A stretch of DNA of 64,000 nt from Leucoraja erinacea (Eukaryota): NCBI RefSeq assembly GCF_028641065.1, contig NC_073399.1:19096001-19160000 (forward strand). The letters run 5' to 3'. Below the pieces are notes generated by a model. That model searched no databases and was not told the origin of the DNA. It saw only the letters and a list, made by a program, of their open reading frames with translations. Position 1 is the stretch's first letter; each line of letters starts with the position of its first letter. This document shows positions 1-13,074 of the stretch, in pieces. The position numbers and the translations under genes were made by a program.

Positions 1-264
1 CCACTGGATTACCCAGTTAATATTTTGGGATCTCCCTTCTTCCTACTGGGTTGTGGCTAATCCAGAAGACAACAATCCAGATTGGAAAGGTTGCCAAGTT
101 TGCTGGGTAGCTGTGCTGAGTGAGGTGAGCTTATGCCTGGATATAAGTCTCAGTAGCCCAAGCTGCAAAGATAGAAGGCTAAAAACAAACTGTTCTGGCC
201 CTCATCAACCATCTGTATCTCCACTGGAAGTTATTCCCATTGACTTAAAACCCATCTGTCCCAC

Positions 265-2157
265 CAGCATCTTTCCCACCAGCAATTCAGTGCAGGCAAG
301 GGCAGGTAGGGTACTGGAAGGGAGCAGCTAGGGGGAATGGAAGGAAGCTTGTTTGCCATATAGTCCTATATATCTTGTCTGACACTTCCTCTATACACAC
401 TGTAAACTGTGTTTGTATTTCTCCAATAGCAAATCGTACCATGGGGAATGGGTGCATGTGTTCATCTCATCAAACTTAATGGTGAAAGGCAAATGGCCAA
501 TCCACAAGGCAGACCATGGGATTGCCACATCTACCACACTGTCCACCAGGTAGACCACTGGCCAGACCACTGCATGGACCACCACACAGCCCATTGCACA
601 GACCCCTAACACTGCCCACTGGGCGGACCACCACATAGGACCACTGGTCGGTCCACCGCACAGTCCACCACATATCCCAGGCACCTGTTATAACTGAGTA
701 ACCCTCTGACACATCTCCTCATCTCTTTATTCCGAGTTTCAATTATACTGTGTGTTGAAATGAGCTGAGGAACAGCATTAGGAAGTGTTGTAACCTCGCC
801 ATCCGGAGACATCAGCATGATTAAAGAGCTCCTGATTCTGAAGCAGCAGCAGACTGGTCAACTCAAGTCACCGTCACAGCCGGTGCAGGTCACTGATTTC
901 TCACTTGGTTAGTCTCCCAGGCAGAGAGTGCAGAAACCCCGTGGTCTCACCCTCGAACTACTACCGATAGAACTAAGCAATGGAAGAATACTTTTGTTTC
1001 ACGCCTTAACTCTGGTCACAATGTTGACACCTGCCCAGCCCTTAATGGAGTAAAGTTATACTGATAGCGGCATGGTGGCACAGCTGGTAGAACTACTTCC
1101 TCATAGCGGCAAGAGACCAGGGTTCGATCCTCACCTCTAGTGCAGTCCGTATGGAGTTTGCACGTTCTCCATGTGATTTCCTCTGGGTGCACTGGTTTCC
1201 ACCCACATCCCAAAGATATGTGGGTTTGTAGGTTAACTGGCCTCTGTAAATTGCCCCGAATATGTAGGGTGGATAAGAAAATGGGATCATATAAAACTAG
1301 TGTGAATGGATCATCGATGGTCGGCATGGACTCAGTGGGCCAAAGGGCCTATACCCATGCTGCATCTCCAAATTAAATTAGACATCAGCATCCAGCTGTT
1401 GCTCCAGCCCAGTTGAGTAAACTGCAGAGATGCTCCACGCTCAGACTGCAGCTGATGTATTCCTGCCACTGGAGGCAGTTTTGTGGGCTGACCTCTGGGT
1501 CATCTGTAACATCACCAGCCTTGACATATTGTAAAAAATTGTAGCTCAAAATAGAATAGCTATCTGATACGAAACCATTTAGAGATTTGGATGATAAAAT
1601 GTAGAAGTGTGGGTAAATGTACTTGGTCTAAGTATTTTAAGTAAACAGTTCACAGTTGCAACTTTTCATATGAGAAAAGTGTATCTGTAGAATATCAAAA
1701 TACAAGAAACCGCAGATGCTGGAATCTTGAACAAAACACAAAGTGCTGGAGTAACTCAGCAGGTCAGGCAGTTTGATGGTGTCTGACCCATTGAGTTCCT
1801 TCAGCACTTTGTGTTTTATATGTAGACTATTTCCCAGAAATATTGCAGTGTGGATTGGCCAGTGGTCTGCCTGGTGGGCAGTGTGGTCGATGTGTGGTAA
1901 TCCTGTGGTCTGCCTTATGGATTGGCCATTTGCCTTTCACCATCAAGTTTGATGGGATGAACACATGCACCCATTCCCCATGGTATGATTTGCTATTGGA
2001 AAAATGCATACACAGTTTACAGTGTGTATAGAGGAAGTGTCAGGCAAGATATATGGGACTATATGGCAAACAAGCTTCCTTCCATCCCCCTACCTGCTGC
2101 CTTCCAGTCCCCTACCTGCCCTTGCCTGCACTGAATTGCTGGTGGGAAATATGCTGG
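265..2157. repeat. Long inverted repeat: arms ~265-575 and ~1843-2157
   Basis: The same peptide (PWSALWIGHLPFTIKFD.MNTCTHSPWYDLLLEK..HSLQCV) appears on opposite strands. The arms are ~310 bp and roughly 90% similar by eye. Confidence 0.85.
1070..1380 (+). mobile_element. tRNA-derived V-SINE (HE1-like)
   Basis: A-box-like TGGCACAGCTGG, B-box GGTTCGATCC, and V-domain GGAGTTTGCACGTTCTCC...CCACATCCCAAAGA. Similar degenerate copies near 13860, 19560, 25480, 34040 and 39930. Confidence 0.8.
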
Positions 2158-3561
2158 AGTCAATTATTAAAGAGGTAATAATGGGGCATTTGGATAGCAG
2201 TAAAAGGATTAGTTCAAGTCAACCTGGATTTATGAAAGGGATATCATGCTTGACTAATCTTCTGGAATTTTTTGAGGATGTGACAAGTAAAATGGATGAA
2301 GGGGAGCCAGTGGATGTAGTGTATCTAGACTTTCATAAAGCCTTTGATAAGGTCCCGCACGGGAGACTGGTGACTAAAATTAGAGCACATGGAAGGGTGT
2401 TGACATGGATAGAATATTGGTTGGCAGACAGGAAGCAAAGAGTAGGAGTAAACGGGTCCTTTTCAGAATGGCAGGCAGTGGCGAGTGGAGTGCCGCAAGG
2501 ATCGGTGTTGGGGCCTCAACTGTTTACCATATATACTAATGATTTGGAAGAGGGAATTAGGAGCAACACTAGTAAGTTTGCGAATGACACAAAGCTGGGT
2601 GGCAGTGTGAACTGTGAAGAGGATGTTAGGAGGTTGCAGGGTGACCTAGACAGGTTGAGTGAGTGGGCAGATGCGTGGCAGATGTAGTATAATATAGATA
2701 AATGTGAGGTTATCCACTTTGGCGGCAAAATCACGGGGGCAGATTATTATCTCAATTTAGTTAGGTAAGGGGGAGGTGCAGTGAGACCTGGGTGTCCTTG
2801 TACACCAGTCACTGAAAGTTGGCGTGCAGGTACAGCAGGCAGTGAAGAAAGCTAATGGAATGTTGGCCTTCATAACAAGAGGATTTCAGATTCAGATTCA
2901 ATTTTAATTGTCATTGTCAGTGTACAGTACAGAGACAACGAAATGCATTCAGTATAGGAGTAAAGAGGTTCTTCTGCAGTTGTATAGGGCTCTGGTAAGA
3001 CCACATATGGAGTACTGTGTACAGTTTTGATCTCCTAATTTGAGGAAGGACATCCTTGTGATTGAGGCAGTGCAGCGTAGGTTCACGAGTTTGATCCCTG
3101 GGATGGCGTGACTGTCATATGAGGAAAGATTGAAAAGACTAGGCTTGTATTCACTAGAGTTTAGAAGGATGAGGGGGAATCTTATAGAAACATATAAAAT
3201 TATAAAAGGACTGGACAAGCTAGATGCAGGAAAAATGTTCCCAATGTTGGGCGTGTCCAGAACCAGGGGCCACAGTCTTAGAATAAAGGGGAGGCTATTT
3301 AAGACTGAGGTGAGAATTTTTTTTTCACCCAGACAGTTGTGAATTTTTGGAATTCCCTGCCACAGAGGGCAGTGGTGGCCAAATCACTGGATGGATTTAA
3401 GAGAGTTAGATAGAGCTCTAGGGGCTAGTGGAATTAAGGGTTATGGGGAGAAGGCAAGCACGGGTTATTGATTGGGGATGATCAGCCATGATCACAATGA
3501 ATGGCAGTGCTGGCTCGAAGGGCCGAATGGACTCCTCCTGCACCTATTTTCTATGTTTCTA
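2151..3561 (+). mobile_element. 5'-truncated CR1 LINE (RT and 3' end) with a small nested insertion at ~2885-2951
   Basis: YLDFHKAFDKVPH, GVPQGSVLGP, FANDTKL and the CR1 3' tail. The nested Rex1-type tail fragment is flanked by TTCAG duplication. Confidence 0.92.
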
Positions 3562-4679
3562 AATGCATTAAAACATTACAAGACATCATTTTGATTATGC
3601 AGGAAATCCGTAGGAGTTCATGGATGTCCATGATGAATTGGTTAAATGACTGGGTGCAGGTTACAGAACACACTCCACAGTTGGACCAATTTCCAACCCA
3701 GATGCCCTCTGGATCTTCAGATAGAATGTGGGAATAGCAGCAGGAGGAGTCCATTCTGCCCTTCATTCCTGGTCCACAATTCAATTGATCTTCTACCTCA
3801 CCCTCAAGTTCCAGCACCAAGAGGTTTTATATGAGTGGGCAGATGGAAAGCAGACCTTGCCAAGACCACTCTATGGATGGAGCGGGATGTCGCCAGTTGG
3901 AGCTTGTTGATGACCAAACACCGCTGGGTCAGTAGTCCCCCCTGCTGTATCCAGATCCTGCAAGGCCCAGGGCAGCCGAAGATGGTGCCACTCCACCCAT
4001 CACCCCACCCCATCCAGTGGTGCAGCTTCGTCACACTGGGATACCCCGATATCGAGCTGGAGAATATTTCTCACCCACCCTGTGCTCCTGAAAGGGACCC
4101 TTGGACCTCTACATTAGTAGAAGGAGCAAAATTCAATTGTTCTTTTTTTTTTTTTGTTATAATTTTATAAATTATTGCTTGGAATTTTAATGTGTGTTTT
4201 TCATTTTAGTTTGGAATAGTTTTTATCCCTTTCATCATTCAATGGCAGTTAAGTCATTATTTTAAATGACCCTCCATACTGAGGCCTTGTCAGCACTAAA
4301 GCCTCACTGGAGCCTCTCAAGCAGTGGAATGAATGGGTTGCTCGGTGCTCTGGGCTTGTTGCATAACGCGGGTCCAACAGTTTGCATTTTACACAAAACA
4401 AACGTACACACATATACAAAATCTGTAGGAAGGAACTGCAGATGCTGGTTTATACCGAATATAGATATAAAATGCTGGAGTAACTCAGCAGGTCAGGCAG
4501 CATCTCTGGAGTAAAGAAATAGGTGACGTTTCGGGTGACCATTCTTCAGACTCTGAAGAATCTTCTGTCTTTTGTTTAATGTCTACCTTCGGTACACACA
4601 TATACACTTTACTGAATAAGATACAGATGGTCGCACTTGCACACACCGCACACGTACACATACGCACACACAGATTTAC

Positions 4680-4736
4680 CTCTGCACTGCTCAAATGAGT
4701 ATGTTCTATCTTCCCACATGGTGCTTGAAGCTCCAT
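4680..4736 (-). CDS. Candidate isolated 57-nt coding exon, possibly an N-terminal exon of UNC13D (rest of gene beyond the window start)
   Basis: ttattctacag|MELQAPCGKIEHTHLSSAE|gtaaat, phase 0-0. Weak resemblance to recalled UNC13D exon 2 (IQPPSHHFSPEQ). UNC13D lies directly downstream of WBP2 on the same strand in human. Confidence 0.3.
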
Positions 4737-5124
4737 CTGTAGAATAAAATTACACCAATCGGTAAGATTGATCTTTGAACCATATTAATTGACGTAAAGG
4801 ATCTGCATCGGGCTCTGTACAAGGGCTTCCTCCAGCCCAGCATCAACCCAACATAAACTTAAAGTTTTTAAGAAGGAACTGCAGATGCTGGAAAATCGAA
4901 GGTACACAAAAAAGCTGGAGAAACTCAGCGGGTGCAGCAGCATCAATGGAGCGAAGGAAATAGGCAACGTTTTGGGCCGAAACCCTTCTTCAGACTTAAA
5001 GTTAAAGTTAAAGTTAAACTTAAAGTTGTTTTCCTGAGCCCAGCACTCATCAGCACCTAAGCTGAACAAAATATTTGTGTTTGGACCCAAACATTTCCCT
5101 GGGTCTTTTTAGTACGTCCAATGG

Positions 5125-5418
5125 TGAAAGGCCTGGAAGAGTGGATGCAGAGAGGATGTTTCCACTAATGGAAGAGTCCAAGACCAGAGGCCATAGCCTC
5201 AGAATAAAAGGACAAAGCTTTAGAAAGGAGAAGAGGAAGAATTTATTTAGTCAGAGGGTGATGAAACTATGGAATTCATTGCCACAGACAGCTGTGGAGG
5301 CCAAGACATATATTGACAGATTCTTGATTAGTAAAGGGTGGCTATGGGGAGAAGGCACAAGAATGGAGTTGAGAGGGAAAGATAGATCAGCCACAATTGA
5401 ATGGCGGAGTAGACTTAA
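5125..5418 (+). mobile_element. CR1 3' fragment, tail-to-tail with the large minus-strand CR1
   Basis: Peptide RGHSLRIKG...FSQRVMKLWNSLPQ and CR1 3' UTR. Confidence 0.85.
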
Positions 5419-5522
5419 TTAGAGGCAAAAAGGAGCTGAATGTTGCTTCCAGGTTGGTATCACTGAGAGGAAGGAGGCCACAGTGGTACGAGAAGCACAG
5501 GTCGAATATGAACAAAGAGTTA

Positions 5523-8500
5523 TAGAAACATAGAAAATAGGTGCAGGAGTAGGCCATTCGGCCCTTCGGCCCTGCACCGCCATTCAATATGATCATGGCT
5601 GATCATCCAACTCAGTATCCCATCCCTGCCTTACCTCCATGCCCCCTGATCCCTTTAGCCACAAGGGCCACATCTAACTCCCTCTTAAATATAGCCAATG
5701 GACCGGCCTCAACTACCTTCTGTGGCAGAGAATTCCACAGATTCATCACTCTCTGTGTAAAAAATGATTTTCTCATCTCGGTCCTAAAAGACTTCCCTCT
5801 TATCCTTAAACTGTGACCCCTAGTTCTGGACTTCCCCAACATCGGGAATTATCTTCCTGCATCTAGCCTGTCCAACCCCCTTAAGAATTTTGTAAGTCTA
5901 TAAGATCCCCCTCAATCTTCTAAATTCTAGCGTGTACATGCCGAGTCCATCCAGTCTTTCTTCATATGAAAGTCATGCCATCCCAGGAATCAGTCTGGTG
6001 AACCTTCTCTGTACTCCCTCTATGGCAAGAATGTCTTTCCTCAGATTAGGAGACCAAAACTGTACGCAATACTCCAGGTGTGGTCTCACCAAGACCCTGT
6101 ACAACTGCAGTAGAACCTCCCTGCTCTTATACTAAAATCCTTTTGCTATGAATGATAACATTCCATTTGCTTTCTTCACTGCCTGCTGCACCTGCATGCC
6201 TACTTTCAATGACTGGTGTACCATGACACCCAGGTCTCGTTGCATCTCCCCTTTTCCTAATCGGCCACCATTCAGATAATAGTCTACTTTCCTGTTTTTG
6301 CCACCAAAGTGGATAACCTCACATTTATCCATATTATACTGCATCTGCCATGCATTTGCCCACTCACCCAACCTATCCAAGTCATATTGCAGCCTCCTAG
6401 CATCCTCCTCACAGCTAACACTGCCCCCCAGTTTCGTGTCATCCGCTAACTTGGAGATGTTACATTCAATTCCCTCATCCAGATCATTAATATATATTGT
6501 AAATAGCTGGGGTCCCAGCACTGAGCCTTGCGGTACCCCACTAGTCACTGCCTGCCATTCTGAAAAGGACCCGTTTACTCCTACTCTTTGCTTTCTGTCT
6601 GCCAGCCAGTTCTCTATCCACATCAATACTGAACCCCCAATACCGTGTGTTTTAAGTTTGCATACTAATCTCTTATGTGGGACCTTGTCGAAAGCCTTCT
6701 GAAAGTCCAGATACAACATATCCACTGGTTCTCCCTTATTCACTCTACTAGTTACATCCTCGAAAAATTCTATAAGATAAGTCAGACATAATTTACCTTT
6801 CATAAATCCATGCTGACTTTGTCCAATGAATTCACCCATTTTCCAAATGTGCTGCTATCCCATCTTTAATAACTGACTCCTGAATTTTCCCCAACACCGA
6901 TGTTAGACTAATTGGTCTGTAATTCCCCGTTTTCTCTCTCCCTCCCTTTTTAAAAAGTGGGGTTACATTAGTTACCCTCCAGTCCTCAGGAACTACTCCA
7001 GAATCTAAAGAGTTTTGAAAAATTATCACTAATGCATCCACTATTTCTGCGGCTACTTCCTTAAGTACTCTGGGATGCAACTTATCTGGCCCTGGGGATT
7101 TATCGCCTTTAATCCATTCAATTTACCTAACACCACTTCCCGGCTAACCTGGATTTCACTCAGTTCCTTCATCTCATTTAACCCCCGGTCCCTTGCTATT
7201 TCCGGCAGATTATTTATGTCTTCCTTAGTGAAGACAGAACCAAAGTAGTTATTCAATTGGTCTTCCATGTCCTTGTTCCCCATAATCAATTTGCCTGTTT
7301 CTGACTGCAAGGGAGCTACATTTGTTTTAACTAATCTTTTTCTCTTCACATATCTATAAAAACTTTTGCAGTCAGTTTTTATGTTCCCTGCCAGTTTTCT
7401 TTCATAATCTATTTTCCCTTTCCTAATTAAGCCTTTTGTCCTCCTCTGCTGGACTCTGAATTTCTCCCAGTCCTCTGGTAGGCTGCTTTTTCTGTCTAAT
7501 TTGTATGCTTCATCTTTTGTTTTGATACTATCCCTGATTTCCCTTGTTACCCACGGATGCACTACCTTTCCTGATTTATTATTTTGCCAAACTGGGATGA
7601 ACAATTGTTGTAGTTCATCCATGCAGTTTTTAAATGCCTTCCAATGCATATCCACTGTCAACCCTTTAAGAATCAATTGCCAGTCTATCTTGGCCAATTC
7701 ACGTCTCATTCCCTCAAAGTCACCTTTCTTTAAGTTCAGGACCCTCGTTTCTGAATTAACAATGTCACTCTCCATCCTAATGAAGAACTCAACCATATTA
7801 TGGTTACTCTTGCCCAAGGGACCACGCACAACAAGACTGCTAACTAACCCTTCCTCGTTACTCAATACCCAGTCTAGAATAGCCTGCTCTCTCGTTGGTT
7901 CCTCTACATGTTGGTTTAGAAAACTTTCCCACATACTTTCCAAGAAATCCTCTTCCTCAGCACCCTTGCCAATTTGATTCACCCAATCTCTATGTAGATT
8001 GAAGTCACCCATTATAACTGTTTAACCTTTGTTGCACGCATTTCTAATTTCCTGTTTGATGCCATCCCCAACTCCACTACTACTGTTAGGTGGCCTGTAC
8101 ACAACTTCCACTAGCGTTTTCTGCCCTTTAGTGTTTCGCAGCTCTACCCATATCGATTCCACATCCTCCAAGCTAATGTCCTTCCTTTTTATTGCGTTAA
8201 TCTCCTCTCTAACCAGCAACGCTACCCCGCCTCCTTTTCCTTTCTGTCTATCCCTTCATATTGAATATCCCTGGATGTTCAGCTCCCAGCCTTGGTCACC
8301 CTGGAGCCATGTCTCCGTGATCCCAACTATATCATATTCATTGATAACTATCTGCACATTCTACTCTACACCTTATTCAGAATGCTCCTTGCATTGAGAC
8401 ACAAAGCCTTCAGGCTTGTTTTTACAACACTCTTACCCCTTATACAATTATGTTGAAAAGTGGCCCTTTTTGATTTTTGCCTTGGATTTGTCTGCCTGCC

Positions 8501-9720
8501 ACTTTTACTTTTCACCTTGCTACCTAACCCTCATTTTACACCCCTCTGTCTCTCTGCTCTTGCACCCACCCCCTACCACATTAGTTTAAATTATCCCCGA
8601 CAGCACTAGCAAACACTCCCACAAGGACATTGGTTCCATTCCAGCCCAGGTGTAGACCGTCCTGTTTGTACTGGTCCCACCTCCCCCAGAACTGGTTCCA
8701 ATGCCCTAGAAATTTGAATCCCTCCCCCTTGCACCATTTTTAAAGCCACGTATTCATCTGCAATATCCTTCTATTTTTACTCTGAGTAGCCCGTGGCACT
8801 GGTAGTAATCCAGAGATTATTACCTTTGAGGTCCTACTTTTAAGTTTATCTCCTAACTCCCTAAATTCACCTTGTAGGACCTCATCCCTTTTTTTACCTA
8901 TATCGTTGGTGCCAATGTGCACCACGACAACTGGCTCTTCACCCTCCCCCTCCAGAATGTTCTGCAGCCGTTCAGTGACATCCCTGACCCTTGCACCAGG
9001 GAGGCAACATACCATCCTGGAGTCTTGTTTGCGGCCACAGAAACGCCTATCTATTCCCCTTACAATTGAATCCCCTATTACTATTGCCCTTCCACTCTTT
9101 TTTCTCCCCTCCTGTGCCGCAGAGACACCCATGGTGCCATGAACTTGGCTGCTGCTGCCTTCCCCTGATGAGCCATCTCCCCCAACAGTATCCAAAATGG
9201 TATACCTGTTTAGGAGGGAGATGACCGCAGGGGACTCCTGCACTACCTGCCTACTGCTACGCTGGCTAATGGCCACACATTCCCTTTCTATCCTCTTACC
9301 TTTTACCTGCGGTGTGACCAACTCGCTGTACGTGCTATTCACGACTTTCTCAGCATCGTGGATGCTCCAGTATGAATCCAACCGCAGCTCCAATCGTTCA
9401 ATGCGGTCTGCCAGGAGCTGCAGCTGTACACACTTCCTGCAAACGTAGTCACCAGGGACACCGACCATATCCCTGATCTCCCACATGTTGCAGGCTGAGC
9501 AAACCACGGGGCCAATCTCCACTGACATAGGTTACTCCCAAACTAAATCAACTCCCTCACACTATAAAAATCTTTATCCTTTAAACTGTACCTTTACTAA
9601 TAAACACTGTACCCTTAACCTGAAAGCAGAAATGCAAACCTGGGGTTGCACACAATCAGCTGCTTCCTCTGGTCCGCTTCCACCAGACCCCTTCTCTGGA
9701 AGTGTGATGGAACGTTGCAG
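5523..9720 (-). mobile_element. Near full-length CR1 LINE (ORF1 zinc finger/leucine zipper plus SGNH esterase; ORF2 APE plus RT), disrupted
   Basis: ORF1 8740-9528 (CxxC..CxxC, IGDSIVRG, HIGTND). ORF2 pieces 8219-5612 (MGDFN, YLDFQKAFDKVPH, GVPQGSVLGP, ADDTKL). (TTCTATGT)n tail. Contains frameshifts and stops. Confidence 0.95.
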
Positions 9721-9899
9721 ATTGGGTAACTCCTCCTCTCACTCCAATGGCTCCCCGGGCCTTATTCAAGCTGAACAATGGTAACCAGCATTGGTCATAG
9801 TTTGTTACTAATCATTCCTAATTCTGCCAGATAATAGTAACTGACCTTGCCCATTTCTAATTATTTACCATCTCTATTCACCTGTAATTATCCTTGACT

Positions 9900-10517
9900 C
9901 ATCCATGCCTTCATCTCCTCCCGACTGGACTACTGTAACTCTCTTCTCTTTGGCATCAATTCCAGCAACATCAACTGACTCCAACTGGTCCAGAACGCAG
10001 CCGCCCGACTCATTACCCACACCAAATCCTGGCACCACATCACCCCAGTCCTCAAAGAACTTCACTGGCTTCCCATTTCCCACCGGATCATCTACAAAAT
10101 CCTGGTCCTCATCTACAAAGCCCTCAACCACTTGGCCCCCCCCTTATCTCACTGACCTCCTCTCCCCCTACCACCCCTCACGGTCCCTCAGATCCATTTC
10201 AGCCGGTCTCCTCTCCATTCTGAAATCCAACCTCTGCACTTTTGGAGACAGAGCCTTCTCCAGGGCCGCTCCCAGGCTCTGGAACTCCCTCCCACAATTG
10301 ATCCGAACTTCTGAGTCCCTCACCATCTTCCAGTCCTGCCTCAAGACCCATCTCTTCACCTCTGCATACCCTTAGTCCCATGTCCCCCTCCCCTTTGCAT
10401 CTCTGTCTTACTGCTCTATTTTGTTTTGTTCTTGACTCACCATGTAAAGCGACTTTGAGTCCTTGAAAAGCGCTATACAAATAAAATGTATTATTATTAT
10501 TATTATTATTATTATTG
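9900..10517 (+). mobile_element. L2 LINE 3' fragment
   Basis: Frameshifted RLDYCNSLL...HITPVLKELHWLP...GDRAFSRAAPRLWNSLP, followed by AAGCGCTATACAAATAAAATG(TAT)n tail. Confidence 0.88.
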
Positions 10518-11645
10518 GTTATCTGTAGTTATGGTTATCCCTGGCTGCTCAATACGGTAGTATTTAGTGTGTAGAAAGGAACTGCAGAGGCTGGTTTATA
10601 CGGGCCAGTCAGCATCTCTGGAGAAAAAGGATGCAGAAGATGTGGTTGGAGGTTCGGATGGGGGGGGAATGGAGTAGTTGATGAGATTATGGAGAGAATA
10701 AATAATGGATTAATGCAGGATGAGTGGAAATGGGTGGTTGATTGTGAAAGTGAAATTGATTCAGCGAAGGGCCTATTCCTTCGCTCCTATTCCCGTACTA
10801 TATCTCACTATGACTCTCTGACTTAGTGCATGTGCGAGTCGTGAGAGGGAAAGACCTGGCGGGAGCTTGGGAGTGAGGGTTCATCCTACACCCCACCCCG
10901 CCAAACTCTATCACAAACCTTGCTGTTCATGTGCATCTTGATCAAAGGTGAAGCAGAAGCTGCAGCAACGTTGCACCGACTCCAGCAGCGGTTGCAGACT
11001 TCAAGCGGGGGATCGTGTTGCAGTGCCTCAACTTTGTAGCTAATGGCCGCACACAGTTTAACTGTACATTCCCACCACAGATCTCCCAGTGACACAAGGA
11101 TGCAACATACATTACAATGAGGAAATAATTTTAATAATAAAGTAATACTATTATGCAAACTATAATATATTGGTGTACATTGTAACAATAACATCATTGA
11201 CTTCAAGCACGAGTTCAGTTGTATTCTTCACTGCCATTTATCACCTGCTGAACATTTTCAGAACATTCTGCTTTCATTACACCTGGTGTTACTATTTCAA
11301 TAATAACAGGACTGACACAATAATACTCTAGCCGGTGATACTCATCAGAAATGTCCCAATAATGCAACCAATATTCATACGTGCAATATTTAGTAATAGT
11401 AACAACCCACAACAATACTCCAGATCAGAGGAAGAAGGTAAGATCAGACAGGTAGGTCGACCCATCACTCCAAGCTCTGGACGAGTCCCAAGCTACTGGA
11501 GGCCGTGTTATAATTCAGCAAGTTATCTGAATCCAAGCTCTAGTACATCGGCCCAAACATGCACATTTCACTCAACCACAAGGTTGTCTAGTACTGCCCT
11601 GTAACAACCTTGCTGAGTAATATAAGAAACAGAACCTCCCGGATG

Positions 11646-11780
11646 AGTATTCACCAAGCAGATTTTACCAGAAACATGGGGGACGTAGGTGGGGACACAC
11701 ATTGTCTCGGGGATGATGAGGATACGTGTGTCCTCACCTATTTCCCCCATGTTTCTGATAAAATCTGCTTGGTGAATGCT
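11646..11780. repeat. 135-bp hairpin (55-bp arms, 25-nt loop), MITE-like or structured RNA
   Basis: Arms 11646-11700 and 11726-11780 are reverse complements with 5 mismatches. Confidence 0.85.
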
Positions 11781-12237
11781 GGGCCCAATCATTTTTACCT
11801 TTTAACATCAGGGCTGTTACTCGGTACAAGAGTAACGGATTATCAACCAGTAGTAATGAAGCCTGTTACAGACCTGGACATGAGAATGCTGGAGACTGAA
11901 CCACACAGACCTGATCACCAGTAAATCTGCATTGAGCAGCCACGCTGATGGTCGGGGCGGATGATGGGGTTTGGGGTTGAAGGACAGGATGGCTATAAAT
12001 GAATCTTCTCCTTCTTAACCACCAATTCTGTCGAAGTTCCTCCTCTTAACTACCACCTAGCAATCTTGTCTGACTCATTAATTCTTTATCTATATGCATC
12101 TGTTCAATGACACCATTCTGAAGCGTGGTCAGTTTCCCCACGTCATTGAGTTGTACAGTAAGGAACAGGCACTTCAGCCCGACTCACCCAGGCCACCCAA
12201 GATTGTCCCACTTACCCGCGCCTGATCCATCTACCTA

Positions 12238-12896
12238 TCTATATATTACTAAACATAGAAACATAGAAAATAGGTGCAGGAGTAGGTCATTCAGCCCTTC
12301 GAGCCTGCACCGCCATTCAATATGATCATGGCTGATCATCAAACTCAGTATCCTGTACCTGCCTTCTCTCCATACCCCCTGATCCCTTTAGCCACAAGGG
12401 CCACATCTAACTCCCTCTTAAATATAGCCAATGAACTGGCCTCAACTACCTTCTGTGGCAGAGAATTCCAGAGATTCACCACTCTCTGTGTGAAATCTCA
12501 GAATAAAATTCTCATCTTGTTTGTCTGTCTGTCCATCATGACTGAAATTACGTCAAAATGGTACACGATAGCACTACAATTTTTTGGACCATCTTATGAC
12601 CTCCTGTCATTATAACTTTGTAACGGGCAGGGGCAGGGGCAGTGGAATTGGATTTTTTTTTTCAAGTTTAAAAAGAGGGAGGGTGAAGAGAATGGGGAGG
12701 GAGTGCTGGAGGATGAGGGGAATTGAGCCACACCTGCACGGTTGGGGGCTATGGGTGAGTGGTGGAATATTGCATTGGTGGAATAGGTTGCGTTGAGGGA
12801 ACGGGTGAGTGGTGGAATATTGCGTTGGGGAATGGGTTGTGTTGGGGAACCATGCCTCCCGTGGGACAGGGACCCAATGGGACCCACTTGGTCTAG
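12238..12896 (+). mobile_element. Non-autonomous Helitron-like element containing a nested CR1 3' fragment (~12253-12435, minus)
   Basis: 5' TCTATATATTACTAAA. Degenerate 3' hairpin GGGACCCAATGGGACCC then CACTTGGTCTAG. No TSD. Internal ~50-bp tandem duplication. Confidence 0.65.
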
Positions 12897-13074
12897 AATC
12901 CCTTTAAACCTTTCCTATCCATGTACCTGTCGAATGTGTTTCAAATGTTATTTTGTATCTGCCTCAGCCACTTTCATCTGGCAGCTTGTCCCATAATATC
13001 ACCCACTATATTAAAAAGTTGCCCCTCTCATTTCTAGTAAAATCTTTCCCCATTTCACCTTGAACCTACCTATA

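Noticed and set aside
1070-1140. tRNA gene
   Set aside because: It is the tRNA-derived head of a V-SINE and does not form a full cloverleaf.
10918-11090. Possible UNC13D exon (EALQHDPPLEV...NSK|gtttgt)
   Set aside because: Similarity is too weak and there is no clear start codon or acceptor.
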